Assembly (NCBI GenBank): GCA_964347045.1
Contig: CAYFXC010000002.1
Location: forward strand, 64,001 to 128,000
Source: an uncultured archaeon
GTDB lineage: Archaea > Asgardarchaeota > Hermodarchaeia > Hermodarchaeales > Hermodarchaeaceae
Length of the DNA stretch: 64,000 nucleotides
Reading direction: 5' to 3'
Of this stretch, positions 31,967-42,331 are shown one piece after another (within the stretch, counting starts at the first letter, position 1; each line of letters opens with the position of its first letter). Position numbers and translations under genes: made by a program. Under the pieces are notes generated by a model. That model was not told the DNA's origin, made no database searches, and saw only the letters and a program-made list of their open reading frames with translations.

Positions 31967-33661
31967 ATGGGATGGCGACGCCTAATGGTTACAAAAGAGA
32001 AACAAGATATTTCCCAAATAAAACGTGACTGGGAAAACAATACCCTGAAAAAAACGCTTGACAAGTCCCCAGAAAGACGGGAACGCTTTATCACCACATC
32101 TAGTCGTCCAATTGCCCGATTATATACGCCAACAGATCTCAGCGAGTTTGATTATGATAATGCTTTAGGCTTTCCCGGTCAATATCCGTTCACGCGTGGT
32201 GTCTACCCCACAATGTATCGGGGTCGTCTATGGACCATGCGCATGTTTTCAGGTTTTGGAACAGCAGAACAAACCAACGCCAGGTTTCGGTACCTATTGG
32301 AACAGGGGCAGACTGGACTGAGTGTTGCTTTTCATTTACCCACAATTCAAGGGCTTGACTCTGATGATCCCATGTCTAATGGCGAAATTGGAGTTTGTGG
32401 AGTCGCCATCGACTCTCTAGCAGACATGGAGATTCTCTTCTCCCAAATCCCTCTCGACAAAGTGACCACATCCATGACCATCAATGCCCCAGCAGCAGTC
32501 CTCCTCTGCTTTTACATAGCAGCCGCAGAAAAACAAGGGGTTTCATCTACCCAAATTGGCGGCACCATCCAAAATGATATCCTGAAAGAATATCAAGCAC
32601 AAAAAACCTGGATCTTCCCCCCTGATCCATCCATGCGAATTATCACCAATATTCTCGAGTTTTGCACAAAAAACGTACCACGCTGGAACACCATTAGCAT
32701 CAGTGGATATCATATCCGTGAAGCAGGAGCCACCGCAGTTCAAGAACTCGCCTTTACTCTTGCAAACGGTCTAGCCTATGTCCAAGCGGGGGTAGATGCA
32801 GGACTAGATGTTAACAAATTTGCCCCGCGACTATCTTTCTTTTTTGACAGTCACCTTGACTTATTCGAGGAAGTTGCGAAATTCCGTGCGGCCCGTCGTA
32901 TCTGGGCACGGGAGATGCAAGAACGCTTCAATGTGAAAAATCCCCGGGCGTATCTCCTGCGGTTTCATACCCAAACAGCTGGCGTTAGCCTTACTGCACA
33001 ACAGCCAGAAAACAACATCATCCGCACTACCATTCAAGCACTAGCAGCAGTCCTTGGGGGTACTCAATCGCTCCACACCAATTCAATGGATGAAGCTTGG
33101 GCTCTACCAACTGAAAAAGCAGCGACTATTGCATTGAGAACCCAGCAAATACTCGCTCATGAAAGCGGTGTTGCCAACACCATCGACCCCCTTGGCGGCT
33201 CCTATTTTATTGAATCATTAACTAACGAAATGGAAGAGGAGACCTACAAATACTTTGATCGAATTGAGAAGCTAGGAGGAGTAGTGGAATCAATCAAGAA
33301 GGGCTTTTTCCAGCGAGAAATTTCAGATGCGGCCTTCCGCTACCAACGTGAAATTGAAGAAAATGACCGCATCATCGTAGGTGTAAACGATTACATCACC
33401 GATGATATGTTGGAAATCCCAGTACTCAAAATTGATCCAGAAGTAGAACGCACACAGCTAGCACGGTTAAGGAAGACACGAAAAACCCGGAACAACCAAA
33501 AAGTCGACCGATTGTTGAATCGCTTACAGCTAGCAGCTGAGGGAACAGAGAATTTATTACCACATATTCTTGCGGCTGTCCGCGAATATGCAACGGTTGG
33601 AGAGATATGTAACGCCTTGCGTGACGTATATGGAGAATATCAAGAACCCATAATATTCTAG
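31967..33661 (+). CDS. icmA: isobutyryl-CoA-mutase-type large subunit
   Basis: WTMRMFSGF (Phe) and [10 protein letters not shown] (Gln) at the MCM Tyr/Arg positions. Confidence 0.8.
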   Translation: MGWRRLMVTKEKQDISQIKRDWENNTLKKTLDKSPERRERFITTSSRPIARLYTPTDLSEFDYDNALGFPGQYPFTRGVYPTMYRGRLWTMRMFSGFGTAEQTNARFRYLLEQGQTGLSVAFHLPTIQGLDSDDPMSNGEIGVCGVAIDSLADMEILFSQIPLDKVTTSMTINAPAAVLLCFYIAAAEKQGVSSTQIGGTIQNDILKEYQAQKTWIFPPDPSMRIITNILEFCTKNVPRWNTISISGYHIREAGATAVQELAFTLANGLAYVQAGVDAGLDVNKFAPRLSFFFDSHLDLFEEVAKFRAARRIWAREMQERFNVKNPRAYLLRFHTQTAGVSLTAQQPENNIIRTTIQALAAVLGGTQSLHTNSMDEAWALPTEKAATIALRTQQILAHESGVANTIDPLGGSYFIESLTNEMEEETYKYFDRIEKLGGVVESIKKGFFQREISDAAFRYQREIEENDRIIVGVNDYITDDMLEIPVLKIDPEVERTQLARLRKTRKTRNNQKVDRLLNRLQLAAEGTENLLPHILAAVREYATVGEICNALRDVYGEYQEPIIF

Positions 33662-33683
33662 TACAAAAAGTAAGGAGTTAGAG

Positions 33684-34094
33684 TTGAAAATTATGACAGA
33701 AGCCGAACACAAAATTCGGGTACTGATTGCCAAGCCAGGCTTAGACGGACATGATCGTGGTGCTAAAGTTGTGGCTAGAGCTTTACGAGATGCTGGATTC
33801 GAGGTGGTTTACACGGGGTTACGCCAAACCCCAGAACAGATTGCTGAAACCGCACTTCAAGAGGATGTAGACGTTGTTGGTTTAAGCATACTATCTGGAG
33901 CACATATGCGCCTGTTTCCAGAAATTATGAAACTGATCAAAGAACGAGAAATGGATGAGGTTCTTGTTATTGCTGGTGGCATCATACCTGAAGAGGATAT
34001 CAAACCGTTAAAGAAACTTGGCATCAAAGCAATTTTTGGTCCTGGCACTCCCACTGGTGAAATCGTCGAGTATATTCGCAAACATATCAAGTAA
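33684..34094 (+). CDS. acyl-CoA mutase cobalamin-binding small subunit
   Basis: [27 protein letters not shown]. Confidence 0.95.
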   Translation: MKIMTEAEHKIRVLIAKPGLDGHDRGAKVVARALRDAGFEVVYTGLRQTPEQIAETALQEDVDVVGLSILSGAHMRLFPEIMKLIKEREMDEVLVIAGGIIPEEDIKPLKKLGIKAIFGPGTPTGEIVEYIRKHIK

Positions 34095-34102
34095 CCAATA
34101 AA

Positions 34103-35077
34103 GTGGACGCTATGGCTCAGGATACGACTGATTTGGTCAAACAGCTGCTGAAAGGCAATCGACGTGCCGCAGCACGCTTAATGACCCTCGCGGAATCTCT
34201 ATCTCCGGAAGCCCATGCAGCCATCAAGCAGCTTTATCCCCATACGGGAAAAGCACACATAATCGGTATTACAGGTCCCCCAGGCTCAGGTAAGAGCACC
34301 CTAGTAGATAAATTGATTGAACTGTTTCGAACCCTGAAGCTAACTGTTGGAGTAGTAGCCGTTGACCCCAGCAGCCCATTCACTGGAGGCGCACTTCTTG
34401 GAGATCGTATCCGAATGAATCGCTTCGCTAGCGATCATGATGTCTTTATTCGAAGTATGGGTTCCCGAGGAAGTCTAGGAGGATTGGCTTGGGCCACTCA
34501 TGATGTTGTACATATATTGGATGCACTGGGTAAAGACATCATTTTAGTCGAAACGGTTGGGGCGGGACAAGCAGAGGTTGACATTATTCAACTAGCCGAA
34601 ACTGTTGTCCTTCTATCTGTCCCTGGATTAGGTGATGACATTCAAACAATCAAAGCAGGCATTATGGAAATTGGCAATGTCTTTGTTGTGAACAAGTCTG
34701 ATCTTGATGGCGCTGACCGTCGCTACATGGAACTCCAAACCGCCCTCAATTTAGGTCAGGATACTGATGGCTGGCAACCGCCAATCATTAAAGTCGTTGC
34801 TACAACAGGCGAGGGCGTCAAAGAGCTTGTGAAGGCGATCCAGAACCATCATGAATATCTGATTGAAAGTGGAGATATTGCCCAAAACCGTAAACAGCGG
34901 TGCTATGCCCAACTTGAAAGAATAGTAGAACACAGTTTTATTCGTAAATTGTTTATGGATACTGAAGAGCAAGTCTTTTTTCAAAAATTAGTAGAAGAGG
35001 TCAATGCACGAAAAACTGATCCCTACACTGCAGCCGAACGGCTTATTCTCCATCTGATAGAATCGCCAAAAAAGTAG
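34103..35077 (+). CDS. meaB: mutase-associated GTPase MeaB
   Basis: GPPGSGKST, DPSSPFTGGALLGDRIRM, ETVGAGQ, NKSD. Confidence 0.95.
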   Translation: MDAMAQDTTDLVKQLLKGNRRAAARLMTLAESLSPEAHAAIKQLYPHTGKAHIIGITGPPGSGKSTLVDKLIELFRTLKLTVGVVAVDPSSPFTGGALLGDRIRMNRFASDHDVFIRSMGSRGSLGGLAWATHDVVHILDALGKDIILVETVGAGQAEVDIIQLAETVVLLSVPGLGDDIQTIKAGIMEIGNVFVVNKSDLDGADRRYMELQTALNLGQDTDGWQPPIIKVVATTGEGVKELVKAIQNHHEYLIESGDIAQNRKQRCYAQLERIVEHSFIRKLFMDTEEQVFFQKLVEEVNARKTDPYTAAERLILHLIESPKK

Positions 35078-35080
35078 TGA

Positions 35081-35968
35081 TCAGCGTTTTCGACCACGAG
35101 TACCTTCTAAAGGTGTACCTAGTCCTATGGTGGGCGTCCCGCCACGTATATGGTAGGGAACTTTCAAGTAGGTTGTTACCTCATCAGGTGCTGTCGTTTT
35201 TAGAATCTGAACATACTTGGATGGCTGTTTTATTCCAGGAACGTCACCATACCCCCAGCGCAAAACCTGGTCAACCATCCTTTCACAAGCAGTATGAACT
35301 TCTGGCACGGTTCCACGCCATCCCATGAAAAGGATCAAAGTATGTCCAAATTTCCGTATAAGGTTAATGAGGCGACGCAAGTAATTCAATGCGGGACCAG
35401 GACCTACACCATCGATGAAATCATCAACGTATGCCATGACCATTCGAATCGTACCCTTTCCATGCACAGAAGAAGTGATGTTACTAATCGCAGCAGGTAA
35501 TCCATCGACTGATTGGATTTCATCGGGTTTGCGAGGAGACACCAACAATTCAGGATTACCTCCCATTTGCTTAATCCGATTTGGATAGGAGGTTTGAATG
35601 AGTTCGCGTTCATGATCACCGAATCCACGATAAGTAAATATATCAATCCAATGAAAATGATCAACCTTACTTGTCTCTAAGAAAACGTTGAATGCGTTTG
35701 GTAATTTTCGCTCACACCATAACGCAATTGCTACTGGATCCGCGTATGTAGTAACCAAAAGGAGCGTTTCAGGATCTTTAACATTATTTGTTAGCCATTC
35801 GATAGTGAGACTTATAGGATCAGAAAAAGTCTGATTTTGCACGTACATAATTGTACTTGTGCCAGTCATTATCCCAAAGTATTGATCGAAGCTCTTATTG
35901 CTCGTGTATAAACGTTGCCGCGCTTCAATACCCTCCAAGAGAATGCGTGAATCACGTCCTTCACTCAT
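35081..35968 (-). CDS. degenerate RAD55/KaiC-like RecA-fold protein
   Basis: WIDIFT, CERMVDQVL..., YVQILKT pattern; no Walker A. Confidence 0.5.
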   Translation of the reverse strand: MSEGRDSRILLEGIEARQRLYTSNKSFDQYFGIMTGTSTIMYVQNQTFSDPISLTIEWLTNNVKDPETLLLVTTYADPVAIALWCERKLPNAFNVFLETSKVDHFHWIDIFTYRGFGDHERELIQTSYPNRIKQMGGNPELLVSPRKPDEIQSVDGLPAAISNITSSVHGKGTIRMVMAYVDDFIDGVGPGPALNYLRRLINLIRKFGHTLILFMGWRGTVPEVHTACERMVDQVLRWGYGDVPGIKQPSKYVQILKTTAPDEVTTYLKVPYHIRGGTPTIGLGTPLEGTRGRKR

Positions 35969-36162
35969 TGAAAATTAACTCCCGCCTTTGATATTCAATA
36001 TCTACTAGGAGAAAAGCATTTAATGAGTTTCCCTCAGCTTTAGCGCTTTGAAATTTTCTTCGCGATTTCTGTAATTTTCACGGAGAAGACTTTTAAGCAA
36101 AGCAGTTTCGTGTTAGCGCCCAACCAATGCACCAATTATGATGAGTTCGGAGGTCAAATAAC

Positions 36163-36960
36163 ATGAAAATCATCGTCCCAATAAAACAGGTTCCAGAAAT
36201 TGCTGAAGTAAAAATCGACCCCGAAACCAAGACCCTGATTCGCGCTGGGGTCCCCTCAATTCTCAATCCATTCGACGAATTTGCTGTCGAAGAAGCGGTT
36301 CAAATTAAGGAAAAACTTGGCGAAGGAGAAGTAGTTATTATCACCATGGGTCCACCACAGGCAGAAGAAGCATTGAAAAAATGTCTGGCTATGGGTGGAG
36401 ACCGAGCTGTGCATCTTTCTGATCGTGCTTTTGCTGGTGCTGACACCTGGGCTACAGCTTACACAATTGCGCAAGCCATTAAGGCTGAGGAGCCCTATGA
36501 CCTCATAATTTGTGGGAAACAAGCTATTGACGGAGATACTGCTCAAGTTGGTCCTGAGATTGCAGAAATTTTGGGTATCCCTCAGGCTACGTATGTTGTT
36601 GATGTTGAAATCTCAGAAACTAAAAAACGCATCAAGGTAAAACGTGAAACTGATGAAGGCTTTGAAGTTATCGAATGCCGTTTACCTGCACTGATCACAG
36701 CAACAAAGGGTCTAAATGAACCACGCTTGCCAAGTCTAATGGCTATCATGGGTGCTAGCAAGAAAGAAATCAAACTCGTTACTGCAGAAGCACTTGGTGG
36801 TGATCCAGAACAATATGGCCTCCCAGGATCCCCTACCCAAGTGGTTGAAGTCTTTACTCCTGAGCAACGTACTGGGGGTATCAAAATAGAAGGTACCGAA
36901 GACCCCGAAGGCGCCGCCAAGCAACTCGTTGAATGGCTACTGAAAAAGGGATTAATCTAG
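36163..36960 (+). CDS. etfB: electron transfer flavoprotein beta subunit
   Basis: KQVP, NPFD, DRAFAGADTWAT, GKQAIDGDTAQVGP, NEPR. Confidence 0.96.
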   Translation: MKIIVPIKQVPEIAEVKIDPETKTLIRAGVPSILNPFDEFAVEEAVQIKEKLGEGEVVIITMGPPQAEEALKKCLAMGGDRAVHLSDRAFAGADTWATAYTIAQAIKAEEPYDLIICGKQAIDGDTAQVGPEIAEILGIPQATYVVDVEISETKKRIKVKRETDEGFEVIECRLPALITATKGLNEPRLPSLMAIMGASKKEIKLVTAEALGGDPEQYGLPGSPTQVVEVFTPEQRTGGIKIEGTEDPEGAAKQLVEWLLKKGLI

Positions 36961-36976
36961 CGGAAGGTGACATCCT

Positions 36977-38170
36977 ATGTTGAATATCGACAAAGAGAAA
37001 TGTACAGCATGCGGCATATGTGTGAAAGTTTGTCCATTTGATGCCATGCACCTAGTGAATGAGAAAGCTGAAGCAGACGAAAAATGCACCCTATGTGGCG
37101 CCTGTTTGAAGGTCTGTCCTGTTGATGCTCTTTCGATTGAGCGTAAACGCGTTGACCCCTCGAAATTCAAGGATTACAAGGGAGTCTGGGTGTGGGCAGA
37201 ACATATTGATGGGCAACTACGTAATGTTGCCTTAGAACTACTTGGTAAGGGTCGTGAACTTGCCGATAAACTCGGTGAACCCTTAGGAGCCGTTCTCCTC
37301 GGACACAATGTCGGCAAACTTCCTGAAGTCTTAATTCAACACGGTGCTGATATCGTATATGTTAGCGATCAAGAACTTCTCGCCCATTATACCACCGAAG
37401 CTTACACTGATGTAATCGCTGCCCTCATAGTAACGGAAAAACCCAATATCCTCCTATACGGTGCTACTGCCAATGGTCGTGATTTAGGTCCAAGGATTGC
37501 AGCCCGCCTTATTCTTGGACTCACAGCCGATTGCACAGGACTCGAGATTGATGACAAGCGTCAACTCGTTCAAACTCGCCCCGCCTTTGGGGGCAACATC
37601 ATGGCTTCAATCCTTAGCCCTTATACGCGACCTCAAATGGCAACTGTCCGTCCCAACGTTTTCAAAGCTCCCGACCCCGATACTTCCCGAACAGGGGAAA
37701 TTAAAAACGTCGATATTAAAGTCAATAAAGCAGCAGTTCGCACAAAAATCGTGGAAACCATCATCGAAATCGAAGAAGGCGCTCTCAAAGTCGATGAAGC
37801 CGAAATGGTTGTCACCTGTGGACGCGGCATTAAAGACCCGAAAAACATCGAAATCGTCGCTGAACTTGCAAATGAACTCAATGCCGCTCTCGGTGGCTCA
37901 CGTCCTATCGTTGACCAAGGTTGGATGAAACACCATCAACAAGTCGGTCAATCCGGACGCACCATTGCCCCCAAACTCTACATCGCCTGCGGCATCAGTG
38001 GCGCCATCCAACATCTCGTCGGTATGCGTACAAGCGACATCATCGTTGCAATTAACAACGACCCCGATGCCCCAATTCATACTGTATCTGATGTTTCTAT
38101 AATTGGGGATTTATTCAAAGTTGTCCCAGCGCTAGTCAAAGAGTTGAAGCGAGTAAAGGCACAAAAATGA
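36977..38170 (+). CDS. etfA: ETF alpha subunit with N-terminal 2[4Fe-4S] ferredoxin
   Basis: two CxxCxxCxxxCP; GLTADCT, TRPAFGGN, QVGQSG, GISGAIQH. Confidence 0.96.
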   Translation: MLNIDKEKCTACGICVKVCPFDAMHLVNEKAEADEKCTLCGACLKVCPVDALSIERKRVDPSKFKDYKGVWVWAEHIDGQLRNVALELLGKGRELADKLGEPLGAVLLGHNVGKLPEVLIQHGADIVYVSDQELLAHYTTEAYTDVIAALIVTEKPNILLYGATANGRDLGPRIAARLILGLTADCTGLEIDDKRQLVQTRPAFGGNIMASILSPYTRPQMATVRPNVFKAPDPDTSRTGEIKNVDIKVNKAAVRTKIVETIIEIEEGALKVDEAEMVVTCGRGIKDPKNIEIVAELANELNAALGGSRPIVDQGWMKHHQQVGQSGRTIAPKLYIACGISGAIQHLVGMRTSDIIVAINNDPDAPIHTVSDVSIIGDLFKVVPALVKELKRVKAQK

Positions 38171-38176
38171 TCTGAA

Positions 38177-38791
38177 TTATTTTTGTGCAAAGACCCAATA
38201 ATGGGTTTCGTCGTCTCGCGTAATAATTTCATCTGAGAGAATTTTGAAACCAGCATCTTTGGTGAATGTCAAGGATGTTTTGGCGTTGTAATGGCTCCAA
38301 AACATCGTTGTCCCTAGGTACTCTTCAGTTCCTTCCCAATCTGTTGAACCGGTGCTGAAGAAGAGAATGCCATTGGGTTTCAAGACCCGATAGAAGTTCT
38401 GATAAATTGTTGGATGTTTTTCTTTAGGTACATGAATAATAGCAAAGATGGACACTATGCCATCAAAGACTCCATCAAGAAAGGTTAATTGAGTCATGTC
38501 ACCTTCAAGAAAATTACCTTCAGGAACCTGTTCTCGGGCGAGTTCTAACATTCCTGGTGCAACATCGATACCTGTAACTTCAAAGCCTTTGTCGATTAAA
38601 AATCGTGCAACGGAAACTCCAGTACCACATCCTGCATCCAAAACCCGTGCTCTATCAGGAAGAAGAGAAGCAAAATACTCTAGTTCTTTTTCATGGTGGA
38701 ATCTTATTCTAAATTTGTTATATTTTGCAGCGATTTTGCTGTATCCAGTTCGCACAATTTCTTCGTTCTTCATTATTAATAGCTTCCACAA
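38177..38791 (-). CDS. class I SAM-dependent methyltransferase
   Basis: VLDAGCGTG, GID, GDM, VLKPNG. Confidence 0.9.
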   Translation of the reverse strand: MWKLLIMKNEEIVRTGYSKIAAKYNKFRIRFHHEKELEYFASLLPDRARVLDAGCGTGVSVARFLIDKGFEVTGIDVAPGMLELAREQVPEGNFLEGDMTQLTFLDGVFDGIVSIFAIIHVPKEKHPTIYQNFYRVLKPNGILFFSTGSTDWEGTEEYLGTTMFWSHYNAKTSLTFTKDAGFKILSDEIITRDDETHYWVFAQK

Positions 38792-38839
38792 GCTGGTTCT
38801 ATTCGAATATTAGAGGAATACCATATTGATCATCATTGT

Positions 38840-39286
38840 TTAAGCTTCCAAGGGTTTTTGTGCGATAAGACCAGCGATGAGGACGAGAAGTCCTGGGAGC
38901 CAGCTGGTCATGATAAGAGTAAACCACAGAGGTGGCCAGGTTGTACCGAAGAGAGTGAAGGCTAGGGCCGCAGGGATGAGCCCACAAATGATGAAGGCAA
39001 GAATGCCTGTGAGGATGATCCATATCCTAGTTCTACCGGGATTGCTAGCAAAGACAAACCAGATAATCATGAAGATAAAGCCCAAGAACGCGCCTAAGAA
39101 AAATGCGGCCATCGTCGGTCCCGCAAGAGCACGTAGAGGGTCATCTGGTGCAAAGATAGATCCAAGAATAGCGAGAATGAAAACGATGAAGCCAAAGAAG
39201 CCATTCGTAACAAGATAAATGAGTTGTAATACGGCACCTAAAATCACAAGAATCCTAGCAACAGTGTTTCTATTCAAATTTATCAC
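38840..39286 (-). CDS. hypothetical membrane protein
   Basis: 4-5 TM segments; GGAGGTG SD. Confidence 0.7.
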   Translation of the reverse strand: MINLNRNTVARILVILGAVLQLIYLVTNGFFGFIVFILAILGSIFAPDDPLRALAGPTMAAFFLGAFLGFIFMIIWFVFASNPGRTRIWIILTGILAFIICGLIPAALAFTLFGTTWPPLWFTLIMTSWLPGLLVLIAGLIAQKPLEA

Positions 39287-39373
39287 CTCCCATACTTTGA
39301 ATTGTAGATGACTATCCTGCGTGAGCTGTATTAAAATTAAGAGGATAGGGGTTAGGAAGTATATCTTTTTACA

Positions 39374-40135
39374 TTATTTTCGAGCAAGAGAAACGAGGTT
39401 TCGGCTTTTTTTCGCTAAAAAAGGGTGTCTTTGATAATCGGCAAAGAACTTGGCATGAGTAAATCCTGTCGCAAATAACGTCTTTTCCATGAGTGGCTGC
39501 GAGAGTTGGATAATGTTTTGCGCATGGGTTTTAGTTTTCCATTGGTTTTGATTTTTTATAAATCCGGTGAAGATTAATGTCGCAGCTAGCGTATTTGTGA
39601 TGGGTTCGAAGAAGCGAACAAAAATTACCTCATCTCCCGTTGAAATAGTTCCAGATTTAAGAGGAAAGAAGCGGAAATTAGAGCTTCGAATTTCCTCAAA
39701 GTTAAGAGTTTGAGTGACAAGGTGCCCCCCCTTTTTTAGGAGTGCGTGAGCACCATAAATCGTTGTATTCACTGCATCAATGGAGGGAAGAAGAGCCAGC
39801 GAATTCCCTAAACAGAGGATTAGATCAAAGGGACCTTCAACCGTTTTTGTAACCTCAGTCATATCAGCGACATGAAATTGTACGTTGACACCCATTTGTT
39901 CTGCATGACGAGTAGCTGCAGCTATCATTTTGTGACTTAGATCTAATCCGATGACTTCATGACCTTCTAATGCTAAAGCTATTGCATGACGTCCAGTTCC
40001 ACAAGCTAGGTCGAGGATTCGTACAGGTTTCTTGTTTTTAATGAGGGCTGTGAGAAAGGGGAGTTCGCGTTTTAGTCGCTGGTTCCAATCAATAGATTGG
40101 TCATAGATGAGTGCGAGTTCTTCAAAGACGGCCAT
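39374..40135 (-). CDS. class I SAM-dependent methyltransferase (glycine/sarcosine MT-like)
   Basis: ILDLACGTGRH, FDLILCLGNSL. Confidence 0.88.
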   Translation of the reverse strand: MAVFEELALIYDQSIDWNQRLKRELPFLTALIKNKKPVRILDLACGTGRHAIALALEGHEVIGLDLSHKMIAAATRHAEQMGVNVQFHVADMTEVTKTVEGPFDLILCLGNSLALLPSIDAVNTTIYGAHALLKKGGHLVTQTLNFEEIRSSNFRFFPLKSGTISTGDEVIFVRFFEPITNTLAATLIFTGFIKNQNQWKTKTHAQNIIQLSQPLMEKTLFATGFTHAKFFADYQRHPFLAKKSRNLVSLARK

Positions 40136-40204
40136 CTGAATCAGCTTGTTTAAGGTTGTGTTCAGTCCTTACTGTAATAATGCACAGAAGTTTTTGAAGG
40201 TTAA

Positions 40205-41473
40205 CTACTGACTACAGGCGGCTTTGAGAATTTCTATGAACTGATAGACTTCTGTGAAACTGTTATAGAAGGGTGTTGGGGCGACCCGAATGACATCTGG
40301 TTCTCGCCAGTCACAATAAATGCCTGCCTGAGTGAGATGGTCAAAAAGAGCCTTCCCATTATGATGTGTTTGAATGGAAAGCTGACATCCACGTTGGTTG
40401 GGTTCTCTGGGAGTAAGAATAGAGATATCGCTAGTGCCCAATTGGTCCAACAAAAACTCGAGATAACCCGTCAGCTTGACCGATTTTTCTCGAAGCCGTT
40501 CCATGGTAACTTCATCAAACAGCTTCAGTGAAGCGTCGAGTGGTGCAAGAAGAAGTGGAGAATAGCTACTGATTTGCCAGCCACCAGCACCGAGGACGGG
40601 ATTAATATTAGGCTCCATGAGAAATCGGTTTTCAAGTTTATTTCCCCACCAGCCTTCAAACCGTGGTAGGTCTTGATTCATGAAATGATTTTCATGGATA
40701 AAGCAACCACCAGGACCTCCAGGACCACCATTCAGATACTTATAGGTGCACCAGACAGCAAAATCCACCTTCCACTCATGCAAATCTAACGGAATGTTAC
40801 CGACTGCATGGGCTAAATCATACCCAATTACAATCCCATGTTTATGCCCCAACCGAGAGATCTCTTCCAAATTAAACGCTTGTCCCGAATAGTAATTTAC
40901 ACCACCTAACAGAAGCAACGCAACCGAATCTCCGAACTCCTCAAAGATTGCCTTGAAATCGTCGGTGGCGATGGTTGCCCCAGGTTGGGCTTTCACTTCA
41001 AGTAATGCTTGAGCGGGCTTGAGGCCATGAAATCGCATTTGAGATTTAATAGCATATTGATCACTGGGGAATGCTTTCTCCTCGATAAGAACTTTGTAGC
41101 GTTGTGTAGTAGGTTGATAAAAGGACACGAGCATCAGATGAAGATTGACCGAGAGGGCATTCATCAAAACCACTTCCAATGGTTTTGCTCCCACAATTTT
41201 AGCCATGCTCGCGTGTAAGGAATCGCCATACGTAATCCATGGGTTTGTGGCTTTTGTGTAAGCTTCTACACCCCAGGTTTCCCAATCTTGAAGGATTGTT
41301 TCAAGGTGGGCGCGTGTAGTCTTAGGTTGTAGGCCCAAGGAATTTCCCAAGAAGTATATTGCTGGGTTTCCCTCAGAATCTTTGGGGCGATAAAACTTGT
41401 TCCGATACTTTGCAAGAGAATCCTTTGCATCCATCTCCATGGCAAACGTTTTACTCGCAGCGAAATGATTCAT
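40205..41473 (-). CDS. kynU: kynureninase
   Basis: YFLGNSLGLQP, FPSDQY, DLAHAVGN, WCTYKYLNGGPG, DWREPDVIRVAP. Confidence 0.95.
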   Translation of the reverse strand: MNHFAASKTFAMEMDAKDSLAKYRNKFYRPKDSEGNPAIYFLGNSLGLQPKTTRAHLETILQDWETWGVEAYTKATNPWITYGDSLHASMAKIVGAKPLEVVLMNALSVNLHLMLVSFYQPTTQRYKVLIEEKAFPSDQYAIKSQMRFHGLKPAQALLEVKAQPGATIATDDFKAIFEEFGDSVALLLLGGVNYYSGQAFNLEEISRLGHKHGIVIGYDLAHAVGNIPLDLHEWKVDFAVWCTYKYLNGGPGGPGGCFIHENHFMNQDLPRFEGWWGNKLENRFLMEPNINPVLGAGGWQISSYSPLLLAPLDASLKLFDEVTMERLREKSVKLTGYLEFLLDQLGTSDISILTPREPNQRGCQLSIQTHHNGKALFDHLTQAGIYCDWREPDVIRVAPTPFYNSFTEVYQFIEILKAACSQ

Positions 41474-41494
41474 GATTAATCACTACTCCGAGAC

Positions 41495-42265
41495 CTAGTC
41501 TCTAAAGGTCATGGTGAGAGTACTATGTTTCTGAGTCAATTCAAGTATTTCCAAATCCATTGATCCAATTTTGACATCCTCTAATAATTCCATTGTAATA
41601 CTGAGTGGTTGACCATCTGCGATATTTTCGTCAAAATCAAGAATCAATTCGAATTTCCTTTTAGACGCGTTCGGAATGTGATAAGTCGCCTGCTTTGAAT
41701 CAATAGTTTGAGTTCCTGGAAGCCACTGAGAATGAGCTTTGACCATGTCAAATCGGTCTGCAGGGATTTTTCCATGTGCCGCTGTAAATTCTCGGACACT
41801 GAATGAATCTTGTGGTGGTGTCTTTTTGAATGTGAAAGGGCGATGCCGATCAAGGTTATGGTATTGCATAGCCCAGAAAATGACGTTTTCTCCGATAGCG
41901 TCCTCGGGGTTCATCTGCCCATAATATGAGTACCAAGGAACATGTTCATTGTCACAGATCTTTGCGGTGACCCATGGGAGATCAGCGAATAATGTTGGGA
42001 GTTGGTCCGCATCACCCTGTTTCGGTTCAAGAGAGCTAAAGGCTGATCCAACTATGTTAGGAGTAGATTCATCGTATTTCAGGAGCTCGAGGTAGTTTCC
42101 GTTTTGTGCAATGATATAGACACCTTCATAGGTTACATCTGGACGTTTTGTGATTTTGTGCTCACAATTTTGGAAGATGTCACAAAGAGCAGGAAGATGT
42201 GAAAATTTGGCTGGGTGAAATGAAAACAGAAAATGATCTAAAGTGAAAAGATCGAGGAGTTCCAT
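41495..42265 (-). CDS. hypothetical, glyoxalase-like N-terminus
   Basis: LDH...YEGVYI...NYLELL resembles VOC/Glyoxalase_3. Confidence 0.5.
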   Translation of the reverse strand: MELLDLFTLDHFLFSFHPAKFSHLPALCDIFQNCEHKITKRPDVTYEGVYIIAQNGNYLELLKYDESTPNIVGSAFSSLEPKQGDADQLPTLFADLPWVTAKICDNEHVPWYSYYGQMNPEDAIGENVIFWAMQYHNLDRHRPFTFKKTPPQDSFSVREFTAAHGKIPADRFDMVKAHSQWLPGTQTIDSKQATYHIPNASKRKFELILDFDENIADGQPLSITMELLEDVKIGSMDLEILELTQKHSTLTMTFRD

Positions 42266-42331
42266 AAACAGAACCTCTGTTTTTACTTTTTATCCAGTTT
42301 TATGTTAGGGCATCTTAATGTTCATAATCGT

